DNA of 5,297 bases, from positions 1 to 5,297 of the IMG/VR virus record IMGVR_UViG_3300045988_028789. One strand, given 5' to 3'. The notes below the pieces were generated by a model. It did not search any database, had not been told where the DNA came from, and saw only the letters and a list, made by a program, of their open reading frames with translations. Both the position numbers and the translations under genes were made by a program. The stretch is from a virus. This document shows, one piece after another, positions 1 through 5,111 of the stretch. The first letter of the stretch is position 1, and every line of letters starts with the position of its first letter.

Positions 1-55
1 AGCCAAAGCTATCGTAGAAGAAATCTACAAACTCAAGGCCGAAAGAATTGAAAAG
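1..55. repeat. Terminal redundancy from circular genome linearisation (copy 1 of 2), identical to 5243..5297
   Basis: Direct comparison: 1..55 (agccaaagctatcgtagaagaaatctacaaactcaaggccgaaagaattgaaaag) is identical to 5243..5297. This implies a circular 5242-nt unit genome. Confidence 0.9.
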
Positions 56-79
56 GAGATGAGCATATGGCATTCATAA
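56..79 (+). CDS. C-terminal continuation of the wrap-spanning small ORF (same gene as 5112..5297; the residues encoded in 1..55 duplicate 5243..5297)
   Basis: Same reading frame (codons gcc 2..4 through taa 77..79). It is listed separately only because the window is a linearised circle. Confidence 0.3.
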   Translation, partial: EMSIWHS

Positions 80-189
80 GCGTGAAGGAGGTCAAGAACG
101 CCATCCGGATTATGATGGAAATTCTTGAAAAGCTTGACATGATTTATCATGCACTTCATGATAACAAGGAGGAAGAGAACGATGGCTAA
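67..189 (+). CDS. Small hypothetical protein, 40 aa (MAFISVKEVKNAIRIMMEILEKLDMIYHALHDNKEEENDG)
   Basis: ATG 67 is preceded by SD AAAGGAG (51..57) with a 9-nt spacer. The TAA stop at 187..189 overlaps the ATG 182 of the downstream basic-protein gene (ATGGCTAA), indicating translational coupling. It was not in the supplied track (below length cutoff). Confidence 0.4.
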   Translation: MAFISVKEVKNAIRIMMEILEKLDMIYHALHDNKEEENDG

Positions 190-301
190 GAGAGTCAAGA
201 TGAGTACCAACAAAGACAAAAAGGTCTTTACCCAGACGGCGAAGAAAACCAAGGCCGTCAACGTAAGCCCGAAAAACATGCGCGGAGGAACGAGACTGTA
301 A
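182..301 (+). CDS. Small highly basic DNA-binding protein, 39 aa (MAKRVKMSTNKDKKVFTQTAKKTKAVNVSPKNMRGGTRL); analogue of phiX174 J / gokushovirus ORF8
   Basis: ATG 182 is preceded by SD AAGGAGG (166..172) with a 9-nt spacer. Eleven of 39 residues are K/R and there are no acidic clusters. The size, composition and position upstream of the scaffold/capsid genes fit the small basic ssDNA-packaging protein of Microviridae. TAA 299..301 overlaps the next ATG (TAATG). It was missed by the ORF track. Confidence 0.6.
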   Translation: MAKRVKMSTNKDKKVFTQTAKKTKAVNVSPKNMRGGTRL

Positions 302-543
302 TGCTTAAAAAATATTATGCAATTTACGACAAAGTGGCCAAGAGCTACAGCGGACTCTTCGAACAGCAGAACGACGCAGTCGCAAGCAGACTCTTTGAGA
401 GCCAGCAGAAGAACAAAGACAGCTTTATCAACGTGAAGCCGGAAGACTTCCAGCTGTGCTACATCTGCACCATGGATGACGAAACCGGCAAAATCATCGA
501 TAACACCAACATGTGCGTATGTGAGGGCAAGCCCAATGAGTGA
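301..543 (+). CDS. Hypothetical 80-aa protein with a C-terminal Cys4 cluster (CYIC-x15-CVC), a putative zinc-binding knuckle; occupies the position where gokushoviruses often carry VP5 (inference)
   Basis: ORF in track. ATG 301 overlaps the upstream stop (TAATG), with a GGAGG-like SD at 285..289. TGA 541..543 overlaps the ATG 536 of the VP3-like gene (ATGAGTGA). Four cysteines lie at residues 53, 56, 72 and 74. Confidence 0.55.
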   Translation: MLKKYYAIYDKVAKSYSGLFEQQNDAVASRLFESQQKNKDSFINVKPEDFQLCYICTMDDETGKIIDNTNMCVCEGKPNE

Positions 544-1012
544 GTTTCGAAGCGCGTACAGCGGACAGGTAAGGCATACGAGCCTGACCGGCAACGGCCA
601 CGAGCCGGAATATGAGTACAAGGTAACGGACGAAGGCCGGGAACTGGTAAAAACCGGCGAAACAGACGTCTATGCACTCATTCAGAGCCGTCTGGATGAA
701 ACCAAAATCGAAAACATCATCAAACGAGCAACATACGACCCGAATGCGCTGGGCAGTCAGGACTGGCAGACCAGCGAGACGATGACCGATATTTCGGAAG
801 CGCCGACAAACTACCACGAGTGGTATGGGCGTATCAAAGACGCGGAAGCGGAGTTTGACAAGCTGCCCATCGAAGTCAAAAACAAGTGGGACAACGATGT
901 GGAAAAATACATCATGGCCTATGGAACCCAAGAGTGGGCAGACAAAATGGGCGTAGCAAAACAGAAAGCCGAAGCAGAAAAACCGGCTGAAAAAAGTGAG
1001 GTGAAAGAATGA
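536..1012 (+). CDS. Internal scaffolding protein, gokushovirus VP3-like (158 aa from ATG 536; alternative upstream ATG 476 gives 178 aa)
   Basis: The N-terminus MSEFRSAYSG and the C-terminal block FDKLPIEVKNKWDNDVEKYIMAY resemble conserved segments of Chlamydia-phage-type VP3 scaffold proteins (recalled from family knowledge, not searched). A start at 536 gives an 8-nt overlap with the upstream gene instead of 68 nt. TGA 1010..1012 overlaps the ATG 1009 of VP1 (ATGA). Confidence 0.75.
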   Translation: MSEFRSAYSGQVRHTSLTGNGHEPEYEYKVTDEGRELVKTGETDVYALIQSRLDETKIENIIKRATYDPNALGSQDWQTSETMTDISEAPTNYHEWYGRIKDAEAEFDKLPIEVKNKWDNDVEKYIMAYGTQEWADKMGVAKQKAEAEKPAEKSEVKE

Positions 1013-2601
1013 ACCGCAACAGTGAATACAACTTTGCGCAAAATCCGCAGGTCGGAGTAAGCCGCAGCCGATTCCAGCGCAACAGCGACAGCAAAACGAC
1101 CTTCAACACGGGCGACCTCATCCCTGTCTATCTAGACGAGGTGCTACCGGGTGATACGCACCAAGTCGATGTTGCCTGTGTAATGCGAATGGCGACACCC
1201 ATCTTCCCGGTGATGGACAACGCCTTTTGCGACTTCTACTTCTTCTTCGTACCTAACCGCTTGCTCTGGGAACATTGGAAGGAGTTTATGGGCGAGAACA
1301 AGGAAACCGCATGGACACCTAAGACAGAGTACAGTGTGCCGCAGGTAACGGCACCGAAAGGCGGATGGGAAGAAGGTACGCTAGCTGACTATCTGGGGCT
1401 GCCTACCAAAGTGGAAGGTATCAGCGTGAGCGCACTGCCAGGCAGAGCCTATGGCCTTATCTACAACGAATGGTTTAGAAATCAAAACGTGACACAGCCG
1501 ACACTTGTAGAAGTGACGGATGCAACCACGACCGGCAAAAACGATGGCAGCGCTACCAATGACAGCGCTATCACACTAGCAAAGCCTCTCAAGGCAGCGA
1601 AGGTGTTTGACTACTACACCGGAGCTTTACCGGAGCCGCAGAAAGGCGAGCCGATTCAGCTTCCTCTGACAGGAGCTGCACCGATAAAGGCATACAGCGA
1701 AAAAGAGCTGACAAACATAAGAGACTCGTTTATGTGGATAGCAACAGCGTCGCCCATCGAGGTAGCAAACGTGGACAAAAACGGAACAAAAGCAAACGGT
1801 CTGCCGACCAACACATACATGGGTGCAGACCTGAGCGCAGTAACTTCCGCAACTATCAACCAGCTCCGACAGGCATTCCAAATCCAGAAACTTCTGGAAA
1901 AAGACGCACGCGGCGGCACGAGATACCGTGAAGTGCTGCGTGAACACTTCGGGGTTATTTCTCCTGACTCTCGTATGCAGATTCCAGAATATCTGGGCGG
2001 CTACAGACTGCCTATCAACGTATCTCAGGTTATCCAAACCTCTTCGACCGACGGCACGAGTCCGCTGGGCAACACAGCAGCGTTGAGTGTAACCACCATG
2101 AACAAACCTATGTTTACAAAGTCCTTTACTGAGCATGGTTTCATTATGGGTCTGGCAGTCGTCCGTACCGACCAGACCTATCAGCAGGGTATCGAGCGCA
2201 TGTGGAGCCGCAAAGGCCGATATGACTACTATTGGCCTGTGCTGGCAAACATCGGCGAACAAGCAATTTTGAACAAAGAACTCTATGCACAGGGCAGCGC
2301 AAAGGACGAAGAGGCCTTTGGCTACCAAGAGGCTTGGGCGGACTACCGCTACAAGCCCTCAAAGGTAACAGGCCTTTTCAGAAGCAATGCACAGCAGAGC
2401 TTGGACGCATGGCACTACGCACAGGACTACGACGCACTTCCCACGCTAAGTACGGCGTGGATGGAGCAGACCGATACCGAAATGAAGAGAACGCTGGCGG
2501 TGCAGAATCAGCCAGACTTCATCGCGGACTTCTACTTTATGAACAAAACAACCAGATGTATGCCGGTATACAGCATTCCCGGCCTCATCGACCATCACTA
2601 A
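1009..2601 (+). CDS. Major capsid protein VP1 (Microviridae F-protein family), 530 aa
   Basis: The N-terminal region [33 protein letters not shown]...[29 protein letters not shown] matches the hallmark conserved N-terminal block of gokushovirus VP1 / phiX174 F. The size is typical (530 aa). An SD-like GAGGTGA lies upstream. It is the largest ORF and is followed by an intrinsic terminator. Confidence 0.95.
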   Translation: MNRNSEYNFAQNPQVGVSRSRFQRNSDSKTTFNTGDLIPVYLDEVLPGDTHQVDVACVMRMATPIFPVMDNAFCDFYFFFVPNRLLWEHWKEFMGENKETAWTPKTEYSVPQVTAPKGGWEEGTLADYLGLPTKVEGISVSALPGRAYGLIYNEWFRNQNVTQPTLVEVTDATTTGKNDGSATNDSAITLAKPLKAAKVFDYYTGALPEPQKGEPIQLPLTGAAPIKAYSEKELTNIRDSFMWIATASPIEVANVDKNGTKANGLPTNTYMGADLSAVTSATINQLRQAFQIQKLLEKDARGGTRYREVLREHFGVISPDSRMQIPEYLGGYRLPINVSQVIQTSSTDGTSPLGNTAALSVTTMNKPMFTKSFTEHGFIMGLAVVRTDQTYQQGIERMWSRKGRYDYYWPVLANIGEQAILNKELYAQGSAKDEEAFGYQEAWADYRYKPSKVTGLFRSNAQQSLDAWHYAQDYDALPTLSTAWMEQTDTEMKRTLAVQNQPDFIADFYFMNKTTRCMPVYSIPGLIDHH

Positions 2602-2612
2602 GGAAAGGAGAC

Positions 2613-2640
2613 AGCCGGGGACAAGACCCCGGCTATTTTT
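2613..2640 (+). terminator. Rho-independent terminator hairpin between VP1 and VP2 (8-bp stem AGCCGGGG / CCCCGGCT, 6-nt loop ACAAGA, then A + T5)
   Basis: Seen directly: 2613..2620 is the reverse complement of 2627..2634, followed by ATTTTT (2635..2640). It sits 12 nt after the VP1 stop. An SD-like AAGGAAAGGAG (2600..2610) lies immediately 5' of the stem. Confidence 0.6.
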
Positions 2641-2644
2641 GAAA

Positions 2645-3499
2645 ATGGTATTACCAGCCTTTTTAGGAGCCTTAGAAACAGGCACGAAAATACTGGGCGG
2701 CGTAAGCGGTCTTATAAGCGCCGGAACAGGCATCTACAACGCACTCAAAGGCACATCAGGTAGCGGAGCAACAAGCTCAAGCGGATACCAAACAAGTCAA
2801 GGGGCAAGCGGTTCGACCATGACCGGAGAAAGCGGGGTAAACGTAGACCAAACAAAAGACCTCGCAAAATACTTCCTTGGTCAAAGTCAGCAAGCACAAG
2901 GGATGCAGAGCTTGCAAAACAACAAAAACTCTCTCATGGCACTGGGATTAAACACTCTGGGAGCTATCCAGCAGGGCGTTTACAATCGTATCCAGCAAGA
3001 CGCAGCAATGTCCTACAACTCCGCAGAGGCAGCAGCTAACAGAGCATGGCAGGAGCGAATGAGTAACACAAGCTATCAAAGGACAATGGCCGACATGGAA
3101 AAAGCGGGACTTAATCCCATACTGGCCTACGCACAAGGCGGCGCAAGCACTCCGGGAGGAGCACAAGGAAGCATCGGCCAAAGCAGCATAAGCGCACCAA
3201 GCGTTGGAACGCAGTCGGCAAGTATGCCGACAATCTCCGGTACAATGGCAAACTATAGCCGCCAAAAGGCGGAAAGCTGGTCGTGGACAGACTCGCACGG
3301 AGAGCAGCACAGCAGCGGCTACAACAGCTATCAAACAGATTTCCCGGATTTAACGCCTTGGCTCAATCAAAACAAAAACAGCGGCGAAAAAGCCGGAAAT
3401 AACACGGTGGACGCGCTAAGCGGAGCTGACCACAAAGCAAGAAGCGGCAAAGTGCCAAATCTTAATCCGATGAACAAATATATTAACGGAGGCAAATAA
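2645..3499 (+). CDS. Minor capsid / DNA pilot protein VP2 (phiX174 H analogue), about 284 aa from ATG 2645 (the track uses TTG 2639)
   Basis: Composition is typical of gokushovirus VP2: a hydrophobic N-terminus ([27 protein letters not shown]), a Gly/Ser/Gln-rich low-complexity centre and a C-terminal [12 protein letters not shown]-type segment. It lies between VP1 and VP4. TAA 3497..3499 overlaps the ATG 3499 of VP4 (TAATG). Confidence 0.75.
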   Translation: MVLPAFLGALETGTKILGGVSGLISAGTGIYNALKGTSGSGATSSSGYQTSQGASGSTMTGESGVNVDQTKDLAKYFLGQSQQAQGMQSLQNNKNSLMALGLNTLGAIQQGVYNRIQQDAAMSYNSAEAAANRAWQERMSNTSYQRTMADMEKAGLNPILAYAQGGASTPGGAQGSIGQSSISAPSVGTQSASMPTISGTMANYSRQKAESWSWTDSHGEQHSSGYNSYQTDFPDLTPWLNQNKNSGEKAGNNTVDALSGADHKARSGKVPNLNPMNKYINGGK

Positions 3500-4521
3500 T
3501 GAGTTGCGAACGACCACTTATCCGCGTATACAATCCGAATGACCACAACATAACAGGGTCAATAATGACCTTAGAAAAGTACAGAGAAAGAACGCACAAT
3601 CCAACAGCAACTTATGAGAGCATCGCATACAGACCAGACGTAATGCTACTACCGTGCGGAAAATGTTTGGGATGCAGACTCAGACAGCGGCAAGATTGGG
3701 AAACGCGAATGCTGATGGAGTCAAAAACACTAACTCCAGTATGGTTTTTAACTCTAACATGGAATCAAGAATATGTGCCCGGAATGATAAGAGCAACAGG
3801 CGAACTTATACGTGGAGCAGTACACCAGTGGACAACGGGAGACGCGCCAGAAGTTGTGCAAATCCTATTGCAAAAGGACATGGTACTTTTTAACAAGAGG
3901 CTCCGAAAAAAGCAAGAAATGTCCGATAAATGGGGTACAGACCTCAGATATTTTTATTGCGGCGAATACGGCGAAACCACAGGCAGACCGCATCACCATG
4001 CAATCTATTATGGGTTAGAAATACCAGACCTCAAGAAAAAAAGAGGCAATAATCCATACTTTGAGAGCGAAACAATAGATAGAATCTGGGGAATGGGCAA
4101 TGTCATCATTGCAGAAGCATCACCGGAAACAATGGCGTATGTAGCGGGATATGTGACAAAAAAAGCCTACGGCAACGACACAAAACGATACAATGAACTA
4201 GGACTACCAGCGCCTTACTGCTGTATGTCACGAAATCCGGGCCTAGGATACGACTACTACCAAGAGCACAAAGAGCAAATGTACAAAGACGATGGGCTAT
4301 ATTTTAACGGCAAAAAAAGGCCCATTCCAAGGTACTTTGACAAAATGCAAGAAACTGAAAATCCCAAAAGGTTATGGGAAATCAAAGAAAAAAGGCAATC
4401 AAGTGCAATAAATGCACTTAAAGTCAAAATGTCAAACACAGACGTAACCATCGAAGAGCAAGGAAAAATTAAGGAAAAGAATCTCAGAGAACGCTTTAGT
4501 AAAGCAAGGGGGATTCTCTAA
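3499..4521 (+). CDS. Rolling-circle replication initiation protein VP4 (phiX174 gene A analogue; HUH superfamily endonuclease), 340 aa
   Basis: All three rolling-circle Rep motifs are present: motif I FLTLTW (nt 3745..3762), motif II HHHAIYYG (HHH at nt 3991..3999) and motif III with paired catalytic tyrosines YVAGYVTKK (nt 4138..4164; compare phiX174 A YVAKYVNKK). There is also an N-terminal CGKCLGCR Cys cluster. SD GGAGG lies at 3488..3492 with a 6-nt spacer. Confidence 0.93.
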   Translation: MSCERPLIRVYNPNDHNITGSIMTLEKYRERTHNPTATYESIAYRPDVMLLPCGKCLGCRLRQRQDWETRMLMESKTLTPVWFLTLTWNQEYVPGMIRATGELIRGAVHQWTTGDAPEVVQILLQKDMVLFNKRLRKKQEMSDKWGTDLRYFYCGEYGETTGRPHHHAIYYGLEIPDLKKKRGNNPYFESETIDRIWGMGNVIIAEASPETMAYVAGYVTKKAYGNDTKRYNELGLPAPYCCMSRNPGLGYDYYQEHKEQMYKDDGLYFNGKKRPIPRYFDKMQETENPKRLWEIKEKRQSSAINALKVKMSNTDVTIEEQGKIKEKNLRERFSKARGIL

Positions 4522-4530
4522 ATGGTGTCA

Positions 4531-4566
4531 GTGGGCCTAATCCTATCAAGAAACGATTAGGCCCAC
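4531..4566 (+). other. Perfect 12-bp stem-loop (GTGGGCCTAATC / GATTAGGCCCAC, 12-nt loop) 10 nt after the VP4 stop
   Basis: 4531..4542 is the exact reverse complement of 4555..4566. It is not followed by a T-run, so it may be an ssDNA structural element or origin/primosome-type hairpin rather than a canonical terminator. Confidence 0.5.
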
Positions 4567-4618
4567 ACCTAAAATTCATAGTCATTCACGGCTAAACAAA
4601 TCATCACTCATAAAAGTG

Positions 4619-4666
4619 AGGGGTCTCCTACGGGAGACCCCTTTCGTCTGCGCCCCTAGTAGGGGC
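4619..4666 (+). other. Two adjacent GC-rich hairpins (10-bp stem AGGGGTCTCC/GGAGACCCCT with a UACG-type tetraloop; 6-bp stem GCCCCT/AGGGGC with a 3-nt loop)
   Basis: 4619..4628 pairs with 4633..4642, and 4652..4657 pairs with 4661..4666. CTG trinucleotides sit between and after the hairpins (4647..4649, 4667..4669). They could be a weak terminator (CCCCTTTCG) or a complementary-strand origin-like structure. Confidence 0.45.
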
Positions 4667-4703
4667 TGCCGAGGTCACGAAGCGAATCATAAGTTCAATC
4701 ACA

Positions 4704-4754
4704 GTACACGCGCACGCACGCACGCGCGAAACGCGCACGCACGCACGCACGCAT
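4704..4754. repeat. Perfectly alternating purine/pyrimidine tract, (CACG)n/(CGCG)n tetranucleotide repeats in two 22-25-nt arms around GCGCG-AAA-CGCGC
   Basis: Seen directly: gtacacgcgcacgcacgcacgcgcg aaa cgcgcacgcacgcacgcacgcat. Alternation is unbroken over 4704..4728 and 4732..4754. It has Z-DNA-forming potential and is a simple-sequence (slippage-prone) repeat. Confidence 0.8.
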
Positions 4755-4815
4755 TCTATTATTTTATTCATTACTTGTTGTAGTCGTAGTAGTAGTGTAT
4801 GTGGAAAAGTTGAAT

Positions 4816-4846
4816 GTGATAATAATTCTTCGTTATCACGTGATAA
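4816..4846. promoter_or_regulatory. 14-bp perfect palindrome TTATCACGTGATAA (4833..4846) plus an upstream third half-site GTGATAA (4816..4822); candidate dimeric protein-binding operator
   Basis: TTATCACGTGATAA is its own reverse complement. GTGATAA at 4816..4822 is also the reverse complement of TTATCAC (4833..4839) and gives an alternative 7-bp stem with a 10-nt loop. Confidence 0.5.
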
Positions 4847-4874
4847 TTAACAACATTTCTCAGTTGAAAGTTTT

Positions 4875-4965
4875 GTTGAAAACTTGTGGAAGATGTTGAA
4901 ATATAGCAAGTTGCACAAAATCCTTTGTGCATATTGTTGTTGAAAACTTGTGGAAAGTGTTGAAA
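4875..4965. repeat. 27-bp direct repeat GTTGAAAACTTGTGGAARRTGTTGAAA (4875..4901 and 4939..4965; 25/27 identical, 64-bp period) with additional GTTGAAA / GTGGAAA reiterations (4801, 4864, 4968); iteron-like
   Basis: Seen directly in an AT-rich block. A 7-bp hairpin GCACAAA/TTTGTGC (4913..4930) lies between the two copies. Confidence 0.7.
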
Positions 4966-5000
4966 ATGTGGAAAACTCAGGAACCAGTTAGTATAAGCAA

Positions 5001-5077
5001 TCTCGCCTGCGGGCGAGAAACCGACGCCTTGCCCAAAATTGCTGCGCAACCTTGGGCAAAACGCCGGTTGTTTTTTT
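5001..5077 (+). terminator. GC hairpins (TCTCGCC/GGCGAGA 5001..5018; TTGCCCAA/TTGGGCAA 5029..5059 with an internal mini-hairpin) followed by a T-rich run TTGTTTTTTT (5068..5077); terminator-like element closing the non-coding region
   Basis: The reverse-complement arms were verified by eye. A T7 run follows 8 nt after the last stem. It would terminate read-through from VP4 before the promoter of the gene chain. The spacing to the T-run is slightly long for a canonical intrinsic terminator. Confidence 0.4.
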
Positions 5078-5095
5078 ACAGAAAAGCATTATAAT
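5068..5095 (+). promoter_or_regulatory. Sigma70-like promoter candidate: -35 TTGTTT (5068..5073), 16-nt spacer, -10 TATAAT (5090..5095)
   Basis: The -10 hexamer is a perfect consensus. The -35 matches 3/6 (TTGxxx). It sits about 15-25 nt upstream of the SD-like AAGGTGGTG and the first ORF of the + strand gene chain, right after a terminator-like element. Confidence 0.35.
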
Positions 5096-5111
5096 AGACT
5101 ATAGAAAGGTG

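Noticed and set aside
476-535. Upstream ATG 476 as the VP3 start
   Set aside because: It would create a 68-nt overlap with the preceding gene. ATG 536 gives the short ATGAGTGA overlap typical of this genome and places the SAYS-type motif at the N-terminus, as recalled for gokushovirus VP3. It is kept as an alternative.
25-621. 198-aa minus-strand ORF with hydrophobic segments, and other minus-strand ORFs (459..677, 494..931, 912..1121, 1627..2328, 1656..1919, 2144..2362, 2446..2733, 2948..3334, 4257..4451)
   Set aside because: All recognisable microvirus genes here are on the + strand and tightly coupled. The minus ORFs lie antisense to well-supported genes, lack SDs and have low-complexity translations. 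Microviridae transcribe only one strand. They are treated as chance open frames.
2639-2641. TTG start for VP2 as given in the ORF track
   Set aside because: An in-frame ATG follows two codons later (2645). Neither has a proximal SD. ATG is preferred, and the difference is 2 aa and does not affect the call.
1734-2642. Alternate-frame + strand ORFs inside VP1 (1734..1931, 65 aa; 2232..2642, 136 aa)
   Set aside because: Their Arg/Gly-rich, low-complexity translations are typical of out-of-frame reading of a coding region. They have no SD or TM segment. I considered them as embedded lysis-gene candidates but they do not support that.
3654-4018. Alternate-frame + strand ORFs inside VP4 (3654..3893, 79 aa; 3812..4018, 68 aa) as possible overlapping genes (phiX174 A*/B/K/E analogy)
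   Set aside because: There is no SD or coupling signature. They are hydrophilic with no membrane helix and no conserved-looking features. I cannot exclude them without comparative data, but nothing in the sequence supports them.
4704-4754. The (CACG)n tract as a long perfect hairpin
   Set aside because: Both arms carry the same CACG orientation, so only the central GCGCG/CGCGC 5 bp are complementary. It is a direct tetranucleotide repeat with Pu/Py alternation, not an extended inverted repeat.
4779-4797. Short (GTA)n / GTAGTC trinucleotide run
   Set aside because: There are only about five imperfect units. It is low complexity within the AT-rich block and too short to interpret independently.
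4911-4939. A second promoter, TTGCAC (4911..4916) with a downstream TATTGT-like -10
   Set aside because: The spacer would be 14-15 nt and the -10 is poor. The TTGCAC is part of a 7-bp hairpin (GCACAAA/TTTGTGC). It was not reported as a feature.
4875-4965. A CRISPR-like array was considered for the 27-bp direct repeats
   Set aside because: There are only two copies, separated by a spacer that itself contains a hairpin. There are no cas genes and the genome is a 5.2-kb phage. An iteron or regulatory repeat is the better explanation.
4771-5049. 92-aa minus-strand ORF across the AT-rich repeat block
   Set aside because: The translation is dominated by Y/H/N/F runs generated by the AT-rich repeats (..HIHYYYDYNK). 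There is no RBS. It spans the iteron and palindrome region that is better explained as regulatory DNA.
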